Shown here one piece after another: positions 37,629 to 47,424 of a stretch of 64,000 bases of DNA (position 1 is the stretch's first letter; each line of letters begins with the position of its first letter). The DNA comes from a virus. The notes below the pieces were generated by a model. It saw nothing but the letters and a program-made list of their open reading frames with translations, did not search any database and was not told the origin of the DNA. Where the stretch lies: IMG/VR virus record IMGVR_UViG_3300043427_002233, positions 6,203 to 70,202 of that record; one strand, 5' to 3'. The translations under genes and the position numbers were made by a program.

Positions 37629-40600
37629 TTAACCTACCTTTGTTGCTACAATAGCAATCTTTTCTAATGCAACATCACCAGTTCCAGGTGCTGTTGAACA
37701 AGCGAATTGAAATGATAGTGTTTTGTCAGTTGTTGTTCCTGTATAAAGGAAACCTTTCATAGACCAATAGGTTTCTGTTCTTGACTGAGTGGCTGTTTGA
37801 GTAGTAATACCTAAACTTGTTCCTGATGTAGGAATGTTAATAGAATTGTTTTCCGTTGCAAAAGAACTTGCTGTTGTCGTTTGTTGCCATTCAAAAGCAC
37901 CATCAAATTTAGGAGTTCCTGTATTGTCACTTGTAATAACACTAATTACATTACCTACTAAGTTAGTAGTTGTAGTTTTTGACCACATTCCGTATACCGT
38001 TATAGAATAATAACCACTATGTGGTAACGTAATAGTGTGATATGTAGATGCTGTCGTTGTAGCGTTGGATTCTTTGGTAGACTTATAAGCAGTATATGTT
38101 GGTTTAACCCAAGTTCCGTTTTGTGCTAAGTAAGCGTCTGTGTTTGAATTAAAAGCTAATGTAGTATTTCTTAATAAGCCGCTTTGCGTAACAACAAGCG
38201 AGTCACCACTACTAATAGTTGAAGGACTTGATTGCCACCCTCCACCATTACTTATATTTCCATGGGTGTGATTTGATAAAGCATATGATCCCATACCTGA
38301 AACTAATTGATATGCTGATCCATGGTTACCATCAAGCAAATCAGCATTTAAATTAGTTACTACAGTTGTAGAATCAACTGTTAATGGTGCTGTTCCAGTA
38401 GCTACTGTAGAAGTAAATCTCGTAGCTTTAGCTACACCGTTAACTTCTAGTTTTTCGCCAGGTGATCTAGTACCAATACCAACGTTATTACCGTCAGGTT
38501 GTAATGCTAAGTTTTTATATGCAACTCCATCTTGTACAACTTGTATCGTACCCATGTCGTTACCATCTTCATAGTCTACCCAGACGCGTTTAGTTTCAGC
38601 GTCACCCATTACGTTTAATTGACCTGTAATTCTTGTTGCACCAACAACATGTAATTTAACAGCAGGACTACTCGTTCCAATTCCAACATTACCACCACTT
38701 GTGATACGCATTTTTTCAGTTCCATCTGTGAAAAAGGTTTGGAATCCACCCCAACCAGCAAAACCAGTTTGGAATCTCATTTGTCCGTTTGTCATTTCCA
38801 TCGCAACACTACCATAAATAGAAGAATCATTTTCAATACCAAAACCAACACCTCTAAAAGAACCATTTGTAGCACTTGATACTTTTGCGTAAGTTAAACC
38901 AGCACCTTTAACTTCAAATAACTGGTTAGGACTCGCTGTCCCAATCCCCACATTACCGTTGGGTAAAATGGTCATCTTTTGAGTAAATGTTCCAGCACTT
39001 GCAGTTCCAAATTGCAAATTACCACTATTGTTTGCACCACTTCTTTGAGAAGAAATACTTGCGATAACACTATTTGTTCCACTAACAGAATTATTAAAAA
39101 CTAAAGCACCAACATCGGTATCGGTTGTTCTTGAACCTTGAACATTCATATAAGCAGTTGGCAATCCTAAACCGACTGCACTAACACTAAATTCTCTACC
39201 AATACCTAAAATGCTCGGTGCAGTTGTTCCAATCCCAACATTACCATTACCGATAATACGCATTCTTTCAGTTGGAGAACTTGCATTAGGTGCAGTTCCA
39301 AAAGTTATGATACCCTCATCGCTAAATGTACCAATTCTAAATCCAATAGAAGATGTAATAAATTGATTAGCACTACCTGAAGCAACATTGATTTCTCTTA
39401 CTAAAGAGTTGGCAGTTGTAAATGCACTTCCGTTTGTTAAGCGTAAATTTCCTGAAGAAATTTGCAACGCTTCAGCAGGACTCGTTGTTCCAATACCAAC
39501 ATTACCGTTGGCAAGGATTCTTAATCTTTCCGTTGGATTAGAAGAACCATCTGCTTTCGTTAAGAATCGCATATTAGATGGCACAGTTCCATCACCATTA
39601 GAAACGATGTCTAATGTCTTAGTAAATGTAGAACCAGCGTCACTTTGATAAGAAGCAAGGAAACCACCAGCACTTGCCGAATATGTCTTTAATGCCGTAT
39701 TACCACTTTCAAATAATTTAATAATACCACCAGCAACTTCAAGTTTGGTAGATGGTGATGTGGAACCAATCCCAACATTACCTGCACTTGTTAAACGCAT
39801 ATATTCGGTTAATGCTGTTCCGTTGTAAGTTCTAAACTTAATGTTTGTGTCAGCACCATTGATGTCAGCGTTTCCGTTAAACCAAGTAATTTGCGAATGT
39901 AAGTTTATTGCTCCACCTACATGTAATAATTGATCTGGTACTGTGGCACCGATCCCTACTCGACCGTTAGAAGTAATTCTCATTACTTCGCTACCACCTT
40001 CAGCAAAAGCTAAAGTATCGGCTGCTGGTCTAAACATCCCTGTGTCTGTATCATTTATGAAAGAAAAAGCCGGAGCGGCAGCAGAATTATCAGATGTTCT
40101 GATCCAACCATTTGTACCACTCAACTCCATTAACGTTGTTTGTTGACCAAATAATAAATTATTATAAAGTTTATTTTGTCCAAATTTTGTTACGGTTGAA
40201 CCGGAAGAAGCTAAGTCTGGTCGTGAAAGTTTCCAGTCAATTTGACTTAGGTAACCAATCTTAGATGCTTTTGAAACAACAATAATTTCAATTACCGATC
40301 TACCAAAATCACTCTCATTAGAAGCTTGAGATATAAAATTTACGTTTGTATTATCATTAACAAAGTTTGAAAAAGTAACTTGTTTCCAACCTATGCCTTG
40401 TGCAGCATAACTATAGTTATAAGTTCTTAAATATTCAGCTTCTGGGGCCCCATCATAATAGTGCGAAAGATAAAATTGACCATACGGATAGCCTATTGAA
40501 CTACTAAAATCAGTAAGAACGTTATTACCTGGAGTAATTCTAATTTTAACATATTCCGTCGTTGCTACAGAAACATAACTATCATAATTCCCATCAAATA

Positions 40601-41357
40601 ATTGGCTAGCGGAAACACTTCCTAATGATGGAGAGTCCGTATATTGTGGAACATCTGGGTGTGCATAAACATAGATTGTACTATCAGGTCTAGCAGCTCC
40701 AAAGACAATAGCACCAGTAGAGTTATTATAAGTATACTGAGTGTTTCCTGATGGGGCTGATGCAACTTGTGTTGCCCTTGTTCCACCAGCTGAAATGTTT
40801 AAAAACACAACAACGTTTGTTGGTAATGGTGTTTGATCAAGAGTAAACGTTGTATTGTTAGCTGTCGTATAAGTATAAATAGATCGATAACCAGTATTTA
40901 AAATTGGATAAGTAACTGAGTTGTAAACTTTAAGGTGTCGCGTTGCAGTAACATACCACTTTTTATCAGCAGCATGCATTGCGTTATCAATTGAGTTAAT
41001 GTATAATTTCTTCCCACCAAATGGGTTGGTTGGCATTAATACATCGTTATAAGGGATACCACTGACATCAGGAGGTGTAGCCCACGAACCATCATTACGT
41101 AAGAACGTTGTTGTTCCAGTCCCTAAGGCAATAGAAGAGCGAACGATCGAATCTGAACCGTTTACAAGAACTAACTTTTGACCCGACGCTACAGCTGTAT
41201 CAGCTGTAATCGTTCCACCGTTAGTTATATTTCCATGAGTATGTGAGGTAGGCGTAAAAGTAGCAGGCTTATTATCAATGTTTGACCAATCAGCAGTAGG
41301 ATAAACAACATCGTACGCAGACGATCCTGTCTTCCTGCGAATTTTAACATTCGCCAT
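37629..41357 (-). CDS. Long tail fibre/receptor-binding protein
   Basis: Repeated ERMRI..GNVGIGT.SP units, AAPAFSFINDTDTGMFR and HTHGNI motifs. Confidence 0.85.
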   Translation of the reverse strand: MANVKIRRKTGSSAYDVVYPTADWSNIDNKPATFTPTSHTHGNITNGGTITADTAVASGQKLVLVNGSDSIVRSSIALGTGTTTFLRNDGSWATPPDVSGIPYNDVLMPTNPFGGKKLYINSIDNAMHAADKKWYVTATRHLKVYNSVTYPILNTGYRSIYTYTTANNTTFTLDQTPLPTNVVVFLNISAGGTRATQVASAPSGNTQYTYNNSTGAIVFGAARPDSTIYVYAHPDVPQYTDSPSLGSVSASQLFDGNYDSYVSVATTEYVKIRITPGNNVLTDFSSSIGYPYGQFYLSHYYDGAPEAEYLRTYNYSYAAQGIGWKQVTFSNFVNDNTNVNFISQASNESDFGRSVIEIIVVSKASKIGYLSQIDWKLSRPDLASSGSTVTKFGQNKLYNNLLFGQQTTLMELSGTNGWIRTSDNSAAAPAFSFINDTDTGMFRPAADTLAFAEGGSEVMRITSNGRVGIGATVPDQLLHVGGAINLHSQITWFNGNADINGADTNIKFRTYNGTALTEYMRLTSAGNVGIGSTSPSTKLEVAGGIIKLFESGNTALKTYSASAGGFLASYQSDAGSTFTKTLDIVSNGDGTVPSNMRFLTKADGSSNPTERLRILANGNVGIGTTSPAEALQISSGNLRLTNGSAFTTANSLVREINVASGSANQFITSSIGFRIGTFSDEGIITFGTAPNASSPTERMRIIGNGNVGIGTTAPSILGIGREFSVSAVGLGLPTAYMNVQGSRTTDTDVGALVFNNSVSGTNSVIASISSQRSGANNSGNLQFGTASAGTFTQKMTILPNGNVGIGTASPNQLFEVKGAGLTYAKVSSATNGSFRGVGFGIENDSSIYGSVAMEMTNGQMRFQTGFAGWGGFQTFFTDGTEKMRITSGGNVGIGTSSPAVKLHVVGATRITGQLNVMGDAETKRVWVDYEDGNDMGTIQVVQDGVAYKNLALQPDGNNVGIGTRSPGEKLEVNGVAKATRFTSTVATGTAPLTVDSTTVVTNLNADLLDGNHGSAYQLVSGMGSYALSNHTHGNISNGGGWQSSPSTISSGDSLVVTQSGLLRNTTLAFNSNTDAYLAQNGTWVKPTYTAYKSTKESNATTTASTYHTITLPHSGYYSITVYGMWSKTTTTNLVGNVISVITSDNTGTPKFDGAFEWQQTTTASSFATENNSINIPTSGTSLGITTQTATQSRTETYWSMKGFLYTGTTTDKTLSFQFACSTAPGTGDVALEKIAIVATKVG

Positions 41358-41360
41358 AAA

Positions 41361-42635
41361 TTACCACCCGTTCGAGGTACTTAAATCATCGTAAATATAT
41401 GAACCAATTGGAGCTGTAGAATCAGCGGTTGTCTTCGCCAAGTCATAATAAATATTAGGTTTATTACTTATAGAGTTTGTCACTAATGTATCGACTTCAG
41501 AAGTGCTATAGACACCTAAAGATTCTCTAACGGTAATACCACTTTCAGCAACAAAATTTGTTCCGTTACCAACAATAAAGTTACCATCAGTTACAGCTAA
41601 TCCAGCGATGTCAGCAAGTTTAGCGCTATAACCTTGGACATTTGTACCAATAACTAAACCCAACGTTGCTCTTTGAGCTGTAGTATCTGCATCATCTAAG
41701 ATTGCGCGACCTGCGGCTGTTAATGACATGGTTGTAAATGTATCATTACCATTACCATAAACAAGAGTATCAGCTGCAATAGTCAAACCTGCAAAGTTTG
41801 TCAGTGTCGCATCTAGTGGTTGATATTGTGAGTGAGTGTGTGATGCAGGAGCAATCTTGTTTGTAATAGGTGTGCCAGAATTATATAAATCTGTACCATC
41901 TACGGTAATATTGTCATATAAGAAGTTTTCTGTAACAACATCAGTATGTCCGTCTTGTAAACCTGTAGCGTTTGTTGTCTCATTATATCGTCCAGCGTTT
42001 TGCGTTGTTCCAACAACTGTAACAATACCGGCGTTTGCAGTTCCAGCATTTTCATAAACGTTATTAATAACAGAAGCAGTAAAAATAATTGCAGCACCAG
42101 AACTAGAACCATCTCCACCTCCGATAGCTTCAATAACAAACCAGTCTCCAGCTTCTAAAACTCCAGATGAAGTAGAGGCTGTACCGCTAGTCCCACCATC
42201 TGTTGGTCTAAATTGTAAAGTTGCATAAACAGCTGGGTCAGAACCTAATGCTAAGATGCCAGTAAGATCTGAAATAGTACCACCAGTAGTAATTAAAAAA
42301 TAATATCCTTTAATACTTCTATCAGCTGAATTAGCCGCATCTCTTGCGGCAATTAATGCAGCCGCTAAAGTTTGTCTCGTACCTTCAGTACCGACGTTAC
42401 CAGTTGTTGAACCATAATATAAAAGACTATCAAACACTGCATCAGGCAATTGAGCGATCGGAATTTTAATATTAGCATCTAAGGTAGCAACACCATTAGC
42501 AACACCTTTTTGAGTTAAAGGAACCTTTGCATCAAGCGCGGTTTGTAATCCATCTACTTGTGAAATAACAGTTGCAGGATAAAGATTCTCATATGTTGAG
42601 GATGCTGTCTTTCTTTTAATTTGAATGTTTGCCAT
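41361..42635 (-). CDS. Tail fibre protein
   Basis: KGVANGVATLD...QLP, QPLDATLT, AGRAILDDAD; N-terminus resembles that of the 37629 fibre. Confidence 0.8.
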   Translation of the reverse strand: MANIQIKRKTASSTYENLYPATVISQVDGLQTALDAKVPLTQKGVANGVATLDANIKIPIAQLPDAVFDSLLYYGSTTGNVGTEGTRQTLAAALIAARDAANSADRSIKGYYFLITTGGTISDLTGILALGSDPAVYATLQFRPTDGGTSGTASTSSGVLEAGDWFVIEAIGGGDGSSSGAAIIFTASVINNVYENAGTANAGIVTVVGTTQNAGRYNETTNATGLQDGHTDVVTENFLYDNITVDGTDLYNSGTPITNKIAPASHTHSQYQPLDATLTNFAGLTIAADTLVYGNGNDTFTTMSLTAAGRAILDDADTTAQRATLGLVIGTNVQGYSAKLADIAGLAVTDGNFIVGNGTNFVAESGITVRESLGVYSTSEVDTLVTNSISNKPNIYYDLAKTTADSTAPIGSYIYDDLSTSNGW

Positions 42636-42645
42636 AGTTTATCTC

Positions 42646-43107
42646 CTATTTTTTATTTATTTTTTCAGAAAGTATAGCTTCTGTTTCAATACCTAATTCC
42701 AATGTTCCTTGTAAACCCTTAAGTAAAGAACGAACATTTGTAACGTAAGGATTTAAAAAATCTAAAAGAGCTTTATTTCTGTCCTCTTGTATTTTAACAT
42801 CTTTTTTTAAATTTTCTAAAACATCAGGTGCTGGTGCAGTCTTCTTGTATGTCTCAAAATCTGATCTTAGTTTTATAAGTTCTTGAGTCTTAGATTCTAA
42901 AGATAAACTCACTTGAGCTAAGTTACTTTTAACGTTTTTATAATCTTGTAAATCTTTCTCTAAAAGATTTTTAACCTTGCCTATCTCGATGATCTCTTTA
43001 TCTTTAACGTCAACAGCAGATCTTAAATGACCAAGTTCTTCGATCTTATTATTAAGTTCGATTACCTTTACAATTAATTCTGCTTTAGATAGTTTGTCAA
43101 TTTCCAT
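42646..43107 (-). CDS. Coiled-coil protein
   Basis: Heptad-rich; AAGGAG SD and TGtTATAAT promoter at 43131-43139. Confidence 0.7.
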   Translation of the reverse strand: MEIDKLSKAELIVKVIELNNKIEELGHLRSAVDVKDKEIIEIGKVKNLLEKDLQDYKNVKSNLAQVSLSLESKTQELIKLRSDFETYKKTAPAPDVLENLKKDVKIQEDRNKALLDFLNPYVTNVRSLLKGLQGTLELGIETEAILSEKINKK

Positions 43108-43141
43108 TATAATATCTCCTTACTTAAACCATTATAACATA

Positions 43142-44086
43142 TTAGTTAGATACAAAAACACTGTTTTGATTTCCAAATATTGAGTCATCAGACCAAGCTT
43201 TATCTTCTGTAAAGTTACTATAAATATAAGTAACCTCTTTGACCACCCCATTAAATTTCACATAAACCTTATTCTTGGGTTTGATGGGTGTGTATAATTT
43301 AATATAATTCGCTAAATGGTTACCTTGTTTATCTGTGACAATAACGTTAACAAGAACTGGCGTTCTAGTCTTTAAACCTGTAAAGGTATATTTAATAACA
43401 CCAAGCTTGGAAGATTGATCAAGCGTACCATTCTCACTAAGTACCCTTTGATCAAATGGTTTAAGGTTGCGATAGTTAAGTAACTGAAACTTATATTCAA
43501 TATTCTTATTAATATAGTTAAAGTCACTTTCAATACCATAGTCATAATAGATAGAAACTGCTATCTCTTCTAGGCTACGATCGGTATCGTCAGTATCAAA
43601 GCATCTTATATCAAGATGTTTAATTTGTGGAATAGGAACTAAACTACTAATTAACTTTACATTCTCAGACCTTAATAAAATCTCACCTGTTGTAAACAAC
43701 AATGCGTTTGTAACACTATCAGATTTAATAAGGAACCTAAAGTCTCTTATCCAACGTAAATTGTTAAAGGTACTACGGTTTTGATTAGTAATATCAATCT
43801 TAAAAACAATCTCTTTAAATAGATTAACGTCCTCATTACCGGTCCAAACATTCTCTTCGTTTAAGTTAATCGTATAACGATCAACCCAATAAAAGGTTGG
43901 AGATAATAAATCAACAGCCTTTGTCTTTTCATCTTCTAGATAAAACCTAAGTCCAACATTACTGTTTTGTGGACTATTAGAATACAAAAGGATTGTAATA
44001 ATGGCTTCTTCTTTTTTGATAGAAATATTCTTTACTTCAAAAAAAGTATTAAGTTTATTAATCTTCTGAGCTGCCATACTCATCAA
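43142..44086 (-). CDS. Probable tail/structural protein
   Basis: Beta-rich; C-terminal KVYVKFNGVVKEV motif. Confidence 0.55.
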   Translation of the reverse strand: MMSMAAQKINKLNTFFEVKNISIKKEEAIITILLYSNSPQNSNVGLRFYLEDEKTKAVDLLSPTFYWVDRYTINLNEENVWTGNEDVNLFKEIVFKIDITNQNRSTFNNLRWIRDFRFLIKSDSVTNALLFTTGEILLRSENVKLISSLVPIPQIKHLDIRCFDTDDTDRSLEEIAVSIYYDYGIESDFNYINKNIEYKFQLLNYRNLKPFDQRVLSENGTLDQSSKLGVIKYTFTGLKTRTPVLVNVIVTDKQGNHLANYIKLYTPIKPKNKVYVKFNGVVKEVTYIYSNFTEDKAWSDDSIFGNQNSVFVSN

Positions 44087-44720
44087 CCTTTACATAAAGT
44101 GTATCAGCAGAGGCTCCAGATAATGCGCTTTCAGGTGCAATAGTATTTACAATAATCTTGTTTTCTAACGCCGTGACCCTAGCAGCTAAGGTAAGAAGGT
44201 CAGCTTCTTTAACTAATGAATATAAAGTACCGTTAATATTTACCTTAGGCATTGTCATAAACTCAGCATCTGTAGCAATTAAATAATTAGTATTAAGTTG
44301 TTCATCAACATTATAATTAATTATAATAAGTTCATCAGATGAAATAGCTCTTAACATATATAACTTATTAGCTTTAAGTTCTTTAGCTTTTGCTTGAGTA
44401 ACAACGACAGTATTATTAACTAAGCTTTTTTCTATCATAACTTTATATAATTTATTATTAACCGATGTACTGTCAAACCCTTCTGATGGTTGTAATAAAC
44501 TAACAAACTGAAGGTTATCAAAGTTATTTCTTGAATCTGTACCAGTTGGGATAAAGTAAAACACAGTATGTTGATCAATTAGACCAACCTTATGCTTGAC
44601 GAAATGAACGCTAGGATTCGTATTAGCAGCTAAAACAATTTCCCTATAGATATAAGGAGCATACTTAAGAGCATCCGCAGCTTTAGTTAATAAAGTAAGT
44701 TCTTGTGTAGTAAATGGCAT
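44058..44720 (-). CDS. Probable tail/structural protein
   Basis: LAARVTALENK trimer-like helix plus IIVNTIAP...DTLYVK. Confidence 0.5.
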   Translation of the reverse strand: MPFTTQELTLLTKAADALKYAPYIYREIVLAANTNPSVHFVKHKVGLIDQHTVFYFIPTGTDSRNNFDNLQFVSLLQPSEGFDSTSVNNKLYKVMIEKSLVNNTVVVTQAKAKELKANKLYMLRAISSDELIIINYNVDEQLNTNYLIATDAEFMTMPKVNINGTLYSLVKEADLLTLAARVTALENKIIVNTIAPESALSGASADTLYVKVDEYGSSED

Positions 44721-44721
44721 G

Positions 44722-45621
44722 TTATTGCACCACCTTGTTTTCCGCCTGTGCTTGTTGTTTTAGCCAGACTTTAAATTCTTGGGTAACTGCTTTTCTAAAT
44801 CGGATATCTTTAAGAGTAATTTTTTGATTCCAATCGTTAGCATACTTAATACTATTATACACCTGAAATAATAAAACAAAGAACTTAGTAATGACCGATA
44901 ACAACGCTGCATCATTAAAAATTAAGGTAACCAAGATCGAGGAAGCAACAGATGTTATTGCAATACCCAAGAATAAACTAGGTAACTTGTCTTTTACGAT
45001 CTTTGTTTCTGTGTCTTTTGTAATGAATTCATTTGGAGATCTATTATCATCTTTAGCATAATAACCACCCAGCACAATTGAGGATGTTAGCTTGTCGAAT
45101 GGGACATTCAGAGAATTCAAATTGTCAACAATCCAAAGATCTGTTAATCTGTTTTCATATTTGGATCGTTTACGACAGTAATGATTCTTCAGCTTTTGAG
45201 CAGGTGTCCCACTGTTCCAAATAAATAAATCTCTATCCTTCACTTTTTTATCCAACTCATAAAGCTTCTTCTTGACATTAAACTCATGTTGAAGTCTTTT
45301 ACGTTTAGGGTTAATATACTCAAGGAACCTAGCAAACAAGGTTGGAACGTATTCTTTATCAGCAAAATCTTTAATATCGTTTTCTAATTTAATATATTCT
45401 TTATCATTAGTTTTAAAGTTGTCAACGATCATAAATACTGTTGCTGTTACTGTTGTAATAATAGCAAACGAAGTAATGATTTGATCAACATACCAAGTAT
45501 AGCTTTGTAAGTTACCAAAGTTAATTCCAGAATCTTTGTCAATAAGGGATGTAACCCCAATAAGAACTAATGAAATAGCATAAAGGATAAAGTATTGAGT
45601 CTTTTTGTAGAATTTAATCAT
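44722..45621 (-). CDS. Four-TM membrane protein with central soluble domain
   Basis: Two N-terminal and two C-terminal hydrophobic segments. Confidence 0.7.
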   Translation of the reverse strand: MIKFYKKTQYFILYAISLVLIGVTSLIDKDSGINFGNLQSYTWYVDQIITSFAIITTVTATVFMIVDNFKTNDKEYIKLENDIKDFADKEYVPTLFARFLEYINPKRKRLQHEFNVKKKLYELDKKVKDRDLFIWNSGTPAQKLKNHYCRKRSKYENRLTDLWIVDNLNSLNVPFDKLTSSIVLGGYYAKDDNRSPNEFITKDTETKIVKDKLPSLFLGIAITSVASSILVTLIFNDAALLSVITKFFVLLFQVYNSIKYANDWNQKITLKDIRFRKAVTQEFKVWLKQQAQAENKVVQ

Positions 45622-45639
45622 AGTTAATCCACCTCAATA

Positions 45640-46119
45640 CTATTGTACAGCAGCTCTATCTTCTTGTAAAGCCTCTTTGATTTCTAGTTTACGTATTTCT
45701 TTTTTAACCTTATAGTCAGCTTGTTCCGAGAACGGCTTCACAAATAAGTAAGCAATGATTTGAGGTATAGCAACCCAGCCTATAATAAACTCTATGTTAT
45801 CAATACCATATCTTGCTAACGCAATAACGCCTAGTGCTAGGATAAACGCCCAAACCTTAGCTAATCCCAATAGAACAACCTTTAAGAGGCTAAATTCCCA
45901 AGACTCGATCCAGGTATAAACTTCCTTTTTAAATTGAAACAGAAGCATAATAGATACGATTAAGAACAACCCAGAGACTTTGATTTCAGCTTCTCTAAAC
46001 GTAAAGAAATCAAACTTAAACCCCATAACAATAAGAGGAATCAAGTAAGCTATAGCAATGAATAACAGTCTTAGCCAAAACCTTTGGCGTTTATACTTTT
46101 TAATGTTATCCATAAGCAC
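45640..46119 (-). CDS. Multi-pass membrane protein (holin candidate)
   Basis: About 4 TM segments; charged C-terminus. Confidence 0.65.
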   Translation of the reverse strand: MLMDNIKKYKRQRFWLRLLFIAIAYLIPLIVMGFKFDFFTFREAEIKVSGLFLIVSIMLLFQFKKEVYTWIESWEFSLLKVVLLGLAKVWAFILALGVIALARYGIDNIEFIIGWVAIPQIIAYLFVKPFSEQADYKVKKEIRKLEIKEALQEDRAAVQ

Positions 46120-46121
46120 CT

Positions 46122-46661
46122 TTATAATTTAATAGAATTAATAATATCAGTTACACTTGCTTCGGTAGCTTTAACTTCTTTTTGAATTGCTTCTGCTTTT
46201 TGTTCGATCACAGCTTCGGCCTTAGCTAAAACAACCTTTGGTTCTGTGGTTTTATTAATGGCTTCAATAATTTTAAGAGTAACTGGTTCTAATTCTACAT
46301 GACTAATCTTCTTAATTTCATGAGCATAGCCAGCGATTTGTTGTTTGGCTTTATCTAAGAGAACAGGTGAAGCAAGAGATAATGTAACTAACATATCAGC
46401 CATATAGGTTACGACTTCTTTTAGTTCTTTAACTTCTAAGTCAACACCTTTTTTAACCGTAACAATCTCTTGAGTAAGTTTGTCAACTTCTCCGGTTTTT
46501 ACTTTAGCGATTGCTCTTGATAATGTATCTCTTGAACGATAGATCATAGCGACAATACCACCGCCAACTAATAAAAATCCTTGAACAATATCCCAAAGTG
46601 AACTAAAGAAGGATACGTCTCCTCCAAATAAGTCAGCTAATAATTGTTGAATTGATTCCAT
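46122..46661 (-). CDS. Membrane-anchored coiled-coil protein
   Basis: N-terminal TM (GFLLVGGGIVAMIY) then helical domain. Confidence 0.65.
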   Translation of the reverse strand: MESIQQLLADLFGGDVSFFSSLWDIVQGFLLVGGGIVAMIYRSRDTLSRAIAKVKTGEVDKLTQEIVTVKKGVDLEVKELKEVVTYMADMLVTLSLASPVLLDKAKQQIAGYAHEIKKISHVELEPVTLKIIEAINKTTEPKVVLAKAEAVIEQKAEAIQKEVKATEASVTDIINSIKL

Positions 46662-46669
46662 AAATCCTC

Positions 46670-47416
46670 CTAGAATAATGCGGTATTCTTATGTGCCGCA
46701 TAATCTAATTCAAGTTGTTTAAGTTCGTTGATAATCTTTTCTTGTGTTTTTAGAATAGATTGAATAGCTAACGATTGATTCTTTACAACTTCTAATAATA
46801 ATTGTATCACTTCAAGGGACGACCTACCACTTTCGTCATAAGGGATATTCTTTAAATAAAGAGCAATGGATTCGTTAACAGCGGTAATGCCGTTAATCTG
46901 TTTGACTATATCAGCAAATGGAAATGCTGCAACAAAGTCACCAGTTGATGTAGCAACCGGAACCATGCCAACCTTAATATCTTTTTGATTTAATGGAGCT
47001 ATATTCTTTAAAGCACCTGTCCCAATAAGATGACCAATCTCAGATTCAATCTTAATTAACCTGGTATAAAGTTCTTTGATTTCATCCCCGACTTCTCTTT
47101 TAATAGAAAGTGTAATAAGTTCTAGATCAAAAACTAATTCAACTACATTGGTTGATTGAGAAAAAGTAGAATCAATAATTGTAAGATAGAATCTACTACC
47201 CTTTAAGAAAGGTAAGATATCCTTAGAGATATTTAATTTTGCTTTGTAAATTTCACCTTCACGTTCAAATGGCTTTGTATATACAAGTCCATTAGTTAGA
47301 ATTAGATTACCAATAAACTCAGCTTTAATATCTGATTGTAATTTTAAAGTTGTATTAGAAGACTTAATAACTGTATTATCGTAAACAAGGCCTTTTTGAT
47401 ATTTAAATATTAACAT
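46670..47416 (-). CDS. Probable tail protein
   Basis: VKQINGIT motif and C-terminal coiled coil. Confidence 0.5.
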   Translation of the reverse strand: MLIFKYQKGLVYDNTVIKSSNTTLKLQSDIKAEFIGNLILTNGLVYTKPFEREGEIYKAKLNISKDILPFLKGSRFYLTIIDSTFSQSTNVVELVFDLELITLSIKREVGDEIKELYTRLIKIESEIGHLIGTGALKNIAPLNQKDIKVGMVPVATSTGDFVAAFPFADIVKQINGITAVNESIALYLKNIPYDESGRSSLEVIQLLLEVVKNQSLAIQSILKTQEKIINELKQLELDYAAHKNTALF

Positions 47417-47424
47417 AATACCTC

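Noticed and set aside
38440-39990. Repeats in the tail fibre as DGR template/variable repeats
   Set aside because: They are in-frame GNVGIGT protein repeats with synonymous divergence, and no reverse transcriptase was found
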